Shown one piece after another: positions 48,839-60,539 of a stretch of 64,000 bases of DNA. The stretch lies in assembly GCF_009914755.1 (NCBI RefSeq), contig NC_060935.1. The stretch is one strand, 5' to 3'. The translations under genes and the position numbers were made by a program. Numbering within the stretch: the stretch's first letter is position 1; every line of letters starts with the position of its first letter. A model generated the notes under the pieces. The model worked only from the letters and a program-made list of their open reading frames with translations. It had not been told where the DNA came from and searched no databases. The stretch is from the human T2T-CHM13v2.0 reference genome, Homo sapiens.

Positions 48839-48888
48839 TTCATATTCCAAGGCTGCACAGTTTAAGAGGTTCTGTATTATTATCTTAC

Positions 48889-48957
48889 CCTTCCAGGGAG
48901 ACGGCCCGTTGGAGAGTCATTGAAGGCTGACGAGTTGCGGTGCTATGTTGGGAATGA
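48889..48957 (-). CDS. DLG2: DLG2 69-nt coding exon in the PDZ2-PDZ3 linker ((S)HSQHSTATRQPSMTLQRAVSLE(G))
   Basis: Manual minus-strand translation matches the recalled DLG2 protein just before EPRK. Acceptor tcttttcttgcag|T and donor GG|gtaag. Terminal GG plus the first A of the 8211 exon gives GGA (Gly), so the join is in frame. Confidence 0.95.
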
Positions 48958-48996
48958 CTGCAAGAAAAGACAGAAGAAACACACATCATTTATTTA

Positions 48997-49152
48997 TTTT
49001 TTATTTTTTTATTTTTTTATTATACTTTAAGTTTTAGGGTACATGTGCACAACGTGCAGGTTAGTTACATATGTATACATGTGCCATGTTGGTGTGCTGC
49101 ACCCATTAACTCGTCATTTAACATTAGATATATCTCCTAATGCTAACCCTCC
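48997..49152 (-). mobile_element. ~155-bp 5'-truncated L1PA 3' end
   Basis: ttattatactttaagttttagggtacatgtgcacaac.... TSD aagaaacaca(c/g)atcatttattta at 48974-48996 and 49153-49175. Confidence 0.95.
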
Positions 49153-52100
49153 AAGAAACACAGATCATTTATTTAAAATGTTTTTGAACATTTTAATCGG
49201 TCCTATTGTCAATAACCAGTCTTGAAAGAAATACAGTAGAGATTAAATATTTGGTGATAGGTAGAACCCTCCACCAAAATATAGTACTCTACCAGATAAG
49301 AGTTAATTTTTTTATAATTTGATTTTAATATGTATTATTCAAAAGTAAGCTTTTAACGATAGGTGAACATTAAAATGAACAAACATATTTGGAAAAGGTA
49401 ATTTTTTGCCCTTGGAATGAGATAACACAGAGCATAAAAACATACATTTCTTTATGATGCAATGTATTTTTTAAGCTGCAGAATAATTTTTTCTAACAAA
49501 ATTTTACACAGAACCTAATCTGTAAATCAGGTAAATTATATTTAGTTAGTATAGATGTATTTATTAGTTCAAATTTGCAACACTTATTGTAAAATTAGTT
49601 AATAATAATTGAGCTATTTGATGAACACAAAACTTGAAAAATGAGACTTCCAGCTGCATATCAATCTTCAAATTTAATGTAGTTCTAGATTTTGATTACC
49701 TGTAACAAGAAAAGACTGATTTTGTAGATAAGTAATATAAATAAAATGATAATATCTAACATTTATTGAGATCTGAAACACTTTTCTAAGTGTTTTTAAA
49801 TTTTTATGTCTCTTATTTCTCATAAATGTATGAGGTATGTCCCATTCAACAGATGAAGAAATTGAGATACAGAGAGGATTAGAAAGTTGCTCAGAGTCAC
49901 ATGGTAACTTCCTGTGCCTGAAATGGCATTGAGACTGTTTGATTCTAGAGTCATTTTAAATTCTTACAACAATTTTTCACATTTTTAAGAATTCATCTTG
50001 GAATCTTAGAATATTCTTTAGAAAGAGATGGCAAGAGAATCTTTCATCTGAGATAGGCACAATAATAATAATTCAACAGCCAACTTTACTGAATGTGTAA
50101 TTTTAGTTTATAGTATTAGTTAAATATTTTGGTTGAAACACTATTTACATATACACATAATATATGAACAAGTGTATATATACATATATGTATAAAAGAA
50201 ACCTGAGTCTAGGATTTCTCAGCACAAACATGGCAAATGCTGACATTGCCACAGAGAATCAAACTACAGGCTGCAGAGTCTTTCATTCAGAACCTTGGTC
50301 ACCACAGGTGGGAAGAGGTGTTTTCCTGTGACACGTAGATAATATTTGTCTAAGGTTGAGGGTACAGAATTTTGAGACCATAGCTGAAACCTACAGAATC
50401 ATATTCAAGTTAAAGACTGTGCCTCTTCAAGTTAAAGACTGTGTTTCCTGGTATCCCTCACAGTGCCAAGATATTCATTGATCATGTTTTCAATTGACTA
50501 GTTGAAAAGCATCGTAGTATTCAGGACTTGGACTATGTAGCCAGACTGCCTGGCTCAACCACATATACCAATGTAACCTTGTATATATTACTTAAATCGC
50601 TCTGTATGTCAGCTTCTCATCTTATAAGACTGGGATAGTAACAGGACTTTCCTCACAGGGTTATTATAAGAATTAAATGAATACAGTATTTAGAACAATG
50701 GCTCTCACATGGTAAAGCTATATAAGCATTTGTTAAATAAATAAACCATTATGATTTAGCAGAGCGTGTACTTTGAGATGTTTAGTACCAAATAAGAATA
50801 ATTACTGTATTTAGACCACTTCAGTTAGTCATACAGTCAGTGCCACAAGGTGTATATTTCTGTGTATAACTTTAGTGATAAATATCAAATTAAAATATAT
50901 TTTCTATTACAAAAATATCATAAATTTACAAGCATATAAAATAAAACATTTTCTATTAAAAAATATTACAAAATTACTGGAAATAAAAATGAGAAATTAA
51001 AAATATTCACCTATACTCCTATTACCTTCTTTCACATTTTACCGAGTTATCTAATGTAGTTCTTATAGGAGTCCTCTAAGGTAGATATAAGTATTCCCAT
51101 ACACAAGAAAACAAAACATATAGAATTTAAAATGATTTTCAGAAATCAACAGCTTGCAAATGTGGAGCCAGAGTCCAAACTAAAGCCTACCTTATCACCA
51201 AGTGGGTGTACTTTCCATTCTATCTTACTGACTCTCTACGTGTCCATATGTATTTCACATAGTTGTATATATATACAGAAACATATGTAACTTCATATCC
51301 TCTGCTTTTCCTAACATTTAAGCATTTCTAATATGGTCTCTATAATTATTATTTTGGAGTTACATAACGTTACTTCCTATGAAGATATAATTAATTAACC
51401 ACCGTTGATAGTTGGATATTTGGGTGATGTTTACGGCTTTAATATTATAAACAGTGCTGCAATGAACATGTTGATATCAATTACTTTTTTCTTATTTTAC
51501 AATTTTCTTCAGATGCGTTTCCCAAAATGGAAATGCTTATTAGTTTCTTGATTTATGTTATTAATTACTTTTCAAAAGCTTTGTATCATTTTATTGCCTC
51601 TAAAAATGTGTATCTGTACTAGTTTCCCCACAGTCTTAAAAGCACTGACATTATAACTTTTAAAACACCCTAACAATTTAATAGATGAAGAATGATGCAT
51701 CAGATTTGTAATGAGCATTTCTTTGTTTATTAGTGAGAATGACCATTTTTTTCCGTATACTTATTGGCTAATTGTATATCTTTTGTGCAAAATGTCTAAT
51801 CCTTTCCTTTACCATTTATTTTCCACTGATCTAGAAAGTACCAACAGTTCTTAGGCAGCTCAATTATGGTCACTAACCAAGATTAATAAGTAACTGTAAT
51901 TTCTGATAGCTTTCTCATCATTAGCTCAGCCCAAAATTAAAACAAAAAAAATTCAGTAATCTCACTTCACTTATCATTACCTTATAACTAATTATTTTGT
52001 TATTCTACTCTATTCCAATAATATCCTCTTTAAAGTTTTAGCGACAAAGTAAATGCAAATGGTACCCTGAGGTGCACAGAGAATTTGACTCCTTTTATAT

Positions 52101-55100
52101 TACACATGCAAGGTTAGCCAGTTTCTCCTAGCATGTAGATTTGGAACAAACAGAGCCTTTTCCAAAATGTAATTATCCTTTCACTCTCTTCTAAGACAAA
52201 TACAGTGAACTAAGATAAATAGAGTCAAGACCTGTGGACACAAATGAATTTTTGTTATTCCCAAATATAATAGTAATGTCCAAGCTATACTTGCAGGAGG
52301 GATGCTTGTAGTGGATGTTTGGAGCTACCTGATGGTGACTACAACTGGTATTTTAAAGAACACCAAACATTTTTCCCTTCGGACCAAGTAGGTTCTATCG
52401 TTTCCACATTATTGGCTACATAAACAATGTGGTGTAGAGTTACCATCGCTAAGAAATTACAGGTAACCTTTTCCTGTCTCTTTCACCTCCTCAGGAAGAG
52501 AGGCCAGTCAGATGGAATTCTGAGAACTGTTGTAGAAAGAACCAAGGGAGGAAATCACAGCTAAAACATGCTGCTCTGTTCTGCCATCTCATTTTCCTAC
52601 ATATCCATAATAGCACCCAGGGCTATGAATCACTAAGATTTATTCACATGCCCATTTCTCCTACAAAGTCATGTGTGCTTTCAGAGCAAAGTATTGGGTT
52701 TCTTCATCTATACATTCGCAGCTCAGGGTTGGCACACAAAAGACCCTTCATCAATGTCTTTTTGAATGATGAATACCATGGATTGAATTCCATCTATCTG
52801 TAAGGCCCCCATGACTTCTTGCTTTTAAATTCTGCAATAGCATCAAGAACTAGGTTTCATCCCCATTTTCAAGGGAAAAAAGTGCTTGCTCCTCTGAGAC
52901 AAACCATATTGTTTTATAAAAAGTTGAAATCAAAGCTCTGTGACTGGTCTATATAGAGCACCTGAAACACATTGTTAGAAAATACTGAACTCCCACTGAG
53001 TAACACTGACAAATTCTTTTTTTCTTTGGTATAAATACCACCCATTATTTTTACCACATATGCTCAACTTCCACGTCAGTGACTTTTGAAGATGATTTTT
53101 ATGAAGATCACTTAATAAAGGAACTTCTCTGTCCCACCCACACCACCTCATTAGTAAGTCATGAACATTCATGAAGATTTAAGTGACAATGAATAGTGGG
53201 TGGGTAGAATGAGCATGAGGGAGGCTCAGCATCATGCTACAACATGGATGCTGGAGAAGAAGTCCCCTGTCGCCTGGTAGAAAACCTGTGGCACCAATTC
53301 CCTAGTTAGGTAGCTTGGCTGAGGTACTAAATTGGGCAACTGTGGAGATAAATATTACTAAGCCTTTTTAAGATTCAAAGAGAGGTATAAGCCCTATTGC
53401 CTGTCCAAATGATGCTGTCATTAAATAAAATTGAGGAAGTGCACAATAGAGTTTCCTTTCCAAGAACTCTCTGATTTTTTCCAAGTAAAAGACTCCAAAC
53501 TGTTGCCTAAAAAATGAAATTTGAATGGTGCTGAAAGATGTATTCCCATTGCTGTGCTTAATTAAGAAATTTTTGAGCATCTGAATTGAAATTGTTCTAT
53601 TACACATGGAACACAAAGGTCCTAGCTGGTGGTAACAAATGGCTTTTAAATTTTCTCCTTCTCTGAGGCAATGAGAGGCAGGATAAGTGGTTTTTCCAAT
53701 ATGTTGTAATATTAAAACTATGTTATTCTAATGGACAGCACAAAAAGTTTTTTGTGTACTTTATTAATTAACTGATAACAATAAAGTTACTTAATGTGAC
53801 TTGTAAAGTCACATTCATCATTAACATATCTTCTTATGGATATTCAATATTGCCTATTTTTCCACTTCTAATGAACTTGCATTTATCCTTGTCATATTTA
53901 ACTCTTCATCTCTCTCTTGCATATTTGTATCCATCATTTATTTAATCTACCTTAATATTTCTTTCTTCTCTTTTTCTGTCTACTTTCCTTCTCTCTTAAT
54001 ATAGCGCATGCATTAAATTGTCACTATTCTTAAAAAGAAGAGTATGTCTTGGATATCCAATCAGTACCTCAAATTTAACATAATTAAAACGTCATCACCT
54101 TCCCACATGAAACTGGATAGTCCTCCAGTTGTTTCATTGACACTTAACATGAAGTGTCTTGTACAATTACTTATATGTTGTAGTTATACCCAATAAATGT
54201 TAATTGGGCACTTATTATACACCAGGGATTGTGTTAGGTGCTTGGGATGACTCTTTCATTCCTCAATATTGTAGTACTCAATAAATATCTGGTAATAAAG
54301 AGAATGATGAAAGCAAATAAATCATTTGGCCCATGTCCAAATAACATGGATAGCATTTTTCAATAAATCCCCAGGCATATTTAATTGGCAAACTACCTAA
54401 GCTATGTTTGGAAGAATATATAAGTATTTTAAAGGATGGTGAAGGAAAACAAGACATTTTGAGACTCATGAAGAGCATGACCAAGATCATGAAGGGTCAA
54501 AAATATGTGGTGTGCTCTGGAAACTTGAGTGTCTTGGCTTGGCCAGAGCAGAGTGGCCAGGGGTAAGGTCAGGAAGCTGACTGTGGATGGGCAATGAGGG
54601 ACAATGAATACCCTGCCAAGGTCTGGTCTTACACCTGTTGGCAATGGTGGGCTCTCCAAGGTTATTAAGTGGGGGGAATAAAGGGGTCAAGATGGAGATA
54701 ACAGTGATTCAGAAAAGTAAACCTGAAACTATTCTGAATAATGAAAGGAAGTGGAGGAAATCTATAGTCAGGGAGACTAATAGTAAACCATCAGGGTGAA
54801 GAATATTAATAAATGCCTAAACTTGAATAATGCAGTAAAAATTAAGAAAAGAGAATGTATTTAATACATTTAGAGGTAGAATATTCAGGAATTAATAAGA
54901 AGGAGCTAAGGAGAAGACACTTTGATTCCAGTGATCTGGCTGGGTAGGCATTTCTCCTCCTGAAAGTGAAATTATCCTACATATAAAGGGCCCTGTTTTT
55001 CCCAGGGTATAGGAAGAGTTGTGCTCTCTTCTGTGACTTTTAAGCAAGCCTTCAAAAATAGACAGACTCTGGTGTTAGGATTGGGGGAGGTGAGGAAGAA

Positions 55101-55474
55101 TGAATGGAGAATTCCACCATTGACTGAAAGGACCACGGCTCTATTAACAGAAGTGCATGTGTGTAAAGGAAAGTGCAAGTGTGGATAGAAAAATATAATT
55201 GAATTTGATTTTGTACAAGATTAGCTTGATGAACCTGTTACACATGTGGGAAATATGATCTATAGTGGACATCTATAATTATTAAAAAGTTCTTCCTTCT
55301 CTTGGCGTGATACCCATCTGTCCACAGTAGCCACTGGATGACTGAGATATTCCTTGCATCTTCAACCCTTACAAATAAACATTCATAACACTTTTGATTC
55401 TTTCTTTATGAGATAGTTTCAAGGTTCTTAGTTATCTTTGCTTGTATGTGCTTACATTTTTCTTCTGATATCTA

Positions 55475-55559
55475 TTAAGTTGGTGCAAAAGTAATAGTGG
55501 TTTTTTCCATTTTTTTAAAAAAAATGATAAAAACCGTGATTACTTTTGCACCAATCTAA
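55475..55559. mobile_element. MADE1 (Hsmar1-derived MITE)
   Basis: ta|ttaagttggtgcaaaagtaat...attacttttgcaccaatctaa|ta, giving terminal inverted repeats with a TA TSD. Confidence 0.93.
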
Positions 55560-56299
55560 TATTTAAACTGCAGAATGTAGAAATGAACTCATAGTTCCAG
55601 ATGTGTTCAGATCAGGGAAGAGTGCCATGAGATGCTGACTTTTCTCCATTTGGATCCCATACTCCTGTCATAGCAGCCCAAGATAACATGGACTTTTACA
55701 ATTTGCTGAATTTTATTGCTAAGCTTAGAGTCCACTGAACCTCTTATATATTTGTGACCTCAAATGATTAAAAATCAAATCTATCATGTACTTACACATT
55801 GGATTTTGGGACCCAATATAGTTACCACATGTTAAATTTAATGGTACCGATTTTGATCTAGATTTTAAGTTTGTTAAGCTAACATTCAGTTATCAATTTA
55901 ATTCAATAAGTATTTATTGAGCATTTAAGATGTGTTGGCCATTATAGAATTTCACTATTTCATCTAGCTTTATATCATCAAATTTTACATTTTTATTTAA
56001 GTCATTGATTATAATAAGGCATAAGGACTGTGCATTGTGGCAAATCATCACAGATCTCCCTCCAGTGTAATAGTTAGTCCACAAGTTGCGCTGTTGAGCT
56101 CTCTTAAGCAGCATCCTTTTAATAGACTAACCAATCTTCTCCACTCTGTCAGTGACAGGCAGACCAATGTCCACAGCAAGCAGAATGTTTATGTCCCATA
56201 AATTTCCATTCCTTTCAGGTGATTTGCATACTAACAAAGAATCAATTGTAATTATTCTTAAATCTGTTTATTCTTATTGCATTTGTTTTTATAATTACA

Positions 56300-56580
56300 T
56301 AATTAAATGTTGCAAAAATGAAATGTGTACAAAAAAGCCTTGTCTCTATCAAGAGTAAGTTTTCTGATCTTGAAAATCTAAAAAAAAGTATGTATTAATA
56401 GTTAAAAATATTGCTGTCAAATTAGGTCTGAGAGAGATAAGATCAAAAAATATTATAAAATAAAGAATTTTTCACTTAGTTCACTTTTAATTCTTACCTA
56501 CATTTAAAGAAATCCAGCATGGAAAGTATGGATGATGGATTAAGTTATAATTTACGTAAGAAAAATGAAATAGAACTTCA
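56300..56580 (+). mobile_element. Possible ancient Tigger/pogo transposase fragment
   Basis: Degraded resemblance to Tigger CENP-B-like N-terminal coding sequence (aaaaatattgctgtcaaattaggt...gatgatg). From recall only. Confidence 0.35.
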
Positions 56581-56889
56581 GAAAAAAAATGGGTCCCAGG
56601 TTTCTGGCCTTACAAGTCAATTTGGTATGCCAAATATTTTAAAGCAATTAAAGAACAATTTAGACATTGGAAATAACACCATCAAAACTGTGGCCAGACG
56701 TTGAAAATTCCAGAAAAAATCTTGACCCTCACATATAAAAAAAAGATGAAGGAACACAATATGTTAACTGTTCTCAAATTAAAAGTGTGGATGACTTATA
56801 GAAATGCAAAGTGTAAGATTGTACTAATGATAATTTGCTTAAAGTTAAAATTGTGGACAATTAAGAAATCAAGCATGTTGGGACAAACA
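56467..56889 (+). repeat. Left arm of 423-bp inverted repeat
   Basis: Reverse complement of 57518-57940 with ~9 mismatches and no indels by hand alignment. Mirrored ORFs 56519/57888 and 56701/57706. Confidence 0.97.
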
Positions 56890-57517
56890 GATGGATATAA
56901 GTATGAAGAAAAACATTAAATCAAATTTAGAGCCCCCAATTTTTCATTCCATAGCCAAAGATACTCAAAATGTGCTTTTACTTTATATTAAATGGCTTCA
57001 CTCAACAGTCAGCAATGACGTGGTGACTCAAAAAATAAATTGGATATGCTTTATTGGGAGAAATACCATTTTTTTCTTTTAAATACCAATAAAACACTCA
57101 TTTTATTATGCCACTATACAATCATATTTTTAAAACTTAAAGTGAAGTAATTAAGACATGCAGGCAGTTTTTTAAATAAATGAAATGTTTAAATCCAAAC
57201 TTTAGACTAACAAGTCAATAACTGGTTCTGGATGTGCAGGGTAGGAAAAGTTCTCTTATATGAATGTCTAATAGGATTATCAACCAGGTATTAGTTCTTT
57301 CCTTATCTTTAAAGAATAGCATGGGAGAATTTGGAGTCTTCTTATAAAGGAGAATTAGGTTAAGTTGCACAGCCAGAATGTGGTTAAGGTGAGATCGAAG
57401 ACAGATGCAATTCTCAGCCCTTGGTTTTCTCCATCCTGTGCCACTGCGACCCATATTCTTCTCTGTGACAACAGTTAAATGACGAACATGGCAGCCCAAA
57501 CACTGGCCAATCAAGCA

Positions 57518-57940
57518 TGTTTGTCCCAGCATGCTTGATTTCTTAATTGCCCACAATTTTAACTTTAAACAAATTATCATTAGTACAATCTTACACTTTG
57601 CATTTCTATAAGTCATCCACACTTTTAATTTGAGAACAGTTAACATATCGTGTTCCTTCATCTTTTTTTTATATGTGAGGGTCAAGATTTTTTCTGGAAT
57701 TTTCAACGTCTGGCCACAGTTTTGATGGTGTTATTTCCAATGTCTAAATTGTTCTTTAATTGCTTTAAAATATTTGGCATACCGAATTGACTTGTAAGGC
57801 CAGAAACCTGGGACCCATTTTTTTTCTGAAGTTCTATTTCATTTTTCTTATATAAATTATACCTTAATCCATCATCCATACTTTCCATGCTGGATTTCTT
57901 TAAATTTAGGTAAGAATTAAAAGTGAACTAAGTGAAAAAT
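57518..57940 (-). repeat. Right arm of 423-bp inverted repeat
   Basis: Reverse complement of the left arm at 56467-56889. Confidence 0.97.
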
Positions 57941-59458
57941 CTAAAAATCCCACTCATCACTGTTAGGTAGCTGAGAGACTCTGAGAGTACACTTCAAATG
58001 CTGAACTAATCTCCATGAAAAACTCTTTGCTTTAAAGCAATAATGAGAAATCTCAGCATTTTGCCCAGTGGACTGACTCAAATGGATTATGACTGGCCTC
58101 AAAGCCTGAAACACCAGGAGCAAAATATAGTGTTTTAACACAGCGGGCATATTCCTGCCTTTACTCATTTTGTTTTGGGTGGCTAGCTATACATCATTCT
58201 TCTAGGCTTTTGTAGTATAAAAGCTGCATCTCAGAAAGCAATAAGGCACTTAGTAATGTATGAACATGTATACAAAAAAAAAAAAACCCTTTCCCCACAG
58301 ACCATTCTTCACAAAGAAAATGAAAAACTGAATTTATTATAGCTTAAATCAGGTATTAGATAGTTCCATAAATGTAGCTACTTCAAAAAGGAAAGCAAAT
58401 TTTAGTTAGAAATTTTATAGAGCTGGTGGAGCCAAGATGGCCGAATAGGAACAGCTCCGGTCTACAGCTCCCAGCGTGAGTGACGCAGAAGACGGGTGAT
58501 TTCTGCATTTCCAACTGAAGTACCGGGTTCATCTCACTAGGGAGTGCCAGACAGTGGGTACAGGACAGTGGGTGCAGGGCACCATGCGCGAGCCGAAGCA
58601 GGGCGAGGCATTGCCTCACTTGGGAAGCACAAGGGGTCAGGGAGTTTCCTTTCCTAGTCAAAGAAAGGGGTGACAGATGGCACCTGGAAAATCGGGTCAC
58701 TCCCACCCTAATACTGCGCTTTTCCGACGGGCTTAAAAAACGGCGCACCAGGAGATTATATCCCGCATCTGGCTCGGAGGGTCCTACGCCCACAGAGTCT
58801 CACTGATTGCTAGCACAGCAGTCTGAGATTAAACTGTAAGGCGGCAGCGAGGCTAGGGGGAGGGGCGCCCGCCATTGCCCAGGCTTGCTTAGGTAAACAA
58901 AGCAGCTGGGAAACTGGAACTGGGTAGAGCCCACCACAGCTCAAGGAGGCCTGCTTGCCTCTGTAGGATCCACCTCTGGGGGCAGGGCACAGACAAACAA
59001 AAAGACAGCAGTAACCTTTGCAGACTTAAATGTCCCTGTCGGACAGCTTTGAAGAGAGCAGTGGTTCTCCCAGGATGCAGCTGGAGATCTGAGGACGGGC
59101 AGACTGCCTCCTCAAGTGGGTCCCTGACCCCTGACTACCAAGCAGCCTAACTGGAAGGCACCCCCCAGTAGGGGCAGACTGACACCTCACACAGCCAGAT
59201 ACTCCTCTGAGACAAAACTTCCAGAGGAACGATCAGACATCAGCATTCGCGGTTCACAAAAATCCACTGTTCTGCAGCCACCGCTGCTGGTACCCAGGCA
59301 AACAGGGTCTGGAGTGGACCTCTAGCAAACTCCAACAGACCTGCAGCTGAGGGTCCTGTCTGTTAGAAGGAAAACTAACAAACAGAAAGGATATCCACAC
59401 CAAAAACCCATCTGTACAACACCATCATCAAAGACCAAAAGTAGATAAAACCACAAAG

Positions 59459-60476
59459 ATGGGGAAAAAACAGAACAGAAAAACTGGAAACTCTAAAAAG
59501 CAGAGCGCCTCTCCTCCTCCAAAGGAACGCAGTTTCTCACCAGCAACGGAACAAAGCTGGACAGAGAATGACTTTGACAAGTTGAGAGAAGAAGGCTTCA
59601 GAGCATCAAACTACTCCAAGCTACAGGAGGAAATTCAAACCAAAGACAAAGAAGGTAAAAACTTTGAAAAAAATTTAGACGAATGTATAACTAGAATAAC
59701 CAATACAGAGAAGTGCTTAAAGGAGCTGATGGAGCTGAAAGCCAAGGCTCGAGAACTACGTGAAGAATGCAGAAACCTCAGGAGCCAATGTGATCAACTG
59801 GAAGAAAGGGTATCAGTGATGGAAGATGAAATGAATGAAATGAAGTGACAAAGGAAGTTTAGAGAAAAAAAGAATAAAAAGAAACGAACAAAGCCTCCAA
59901 GAAATATGGGACTATGTGAAAAGACCAAATCTACATCTGATTGGTGTACCTGAAAGTGACGAGGAGAATGGAATCAAGCTGGAAAACACTCTACAGGATA
60001 TTATCCAGGAGAACTTCCCCAATCTAGCAAGGCAGGCCAACATTCAGATTCAGGAAATACAGAGAACGCCACAAAGATACTCCTTGAGAAGAGCAACTCC
60101 AAGACACATAATTGTCAGATTCACCAAAGTTGAAATGAAGGAAAAAATGTTAAGGGCAGCCAGAGAGAAAGGTCGGGTTACCCACAAAGGGAAGCCCATC
60201 AGACTAACAGCGGATCTCTTGGCAGAAACTCTACAAGCCAGAATAGAGTGGGGGCCAATATTCAACTTTCTTAAAGAAAAGAATTTTCAACCCAGAATTT
60301 CATATCCAGCCAAACTAAGCTTCATAAGTGAAGGAGAAATAAAATACTTTACAGACAAGCAAATGCTGAGATATTTTGTCACCACCAGGCCTGCCCTAAA
60401 AGAGCTCCTGAAGGAAGCACTAAACATGGAAAGGAACAACTGCTACCAGCCACTGAAAAATCATGCCAAATTGTAA
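59459..60476 (+). pseudogene. L1 ORF1p, disrupted
   Basis: MGKKQNRKTGNSK start. Premature TGA at 59846-59848 and a frameshift before KRPNLHLIGVPE. Confidence 0.95.
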
Positions 60477-60539
60477 AGATCATCGAGGCTAGGAAGAAAC
60501 TGCATCAACTAACGACCAAAATAACCAGCTAACATCATA

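Noticed and set aside
48437-48858. Ser/Phe/Leu-rich ORFs
   Set aside because: They are translations of the polypyrimidine microsatellite.
56519-57888. Paired near-identical ORFs on opposite strands (61 aa and 72/163 aa) as a novel duplicated gene system
   Set aside because: They are a by-product of the inverted duplication: AT-rich, no recognisable domain, some with non-ATG starts, and no exon structure.
58383-58875. Intact L1 ORF0 or a 136-aa antisense protein
   Set aside because: ORF0 is frameshifted and has a stop. The 136-aa ORF starts at GTG within the L1 5'UTR.
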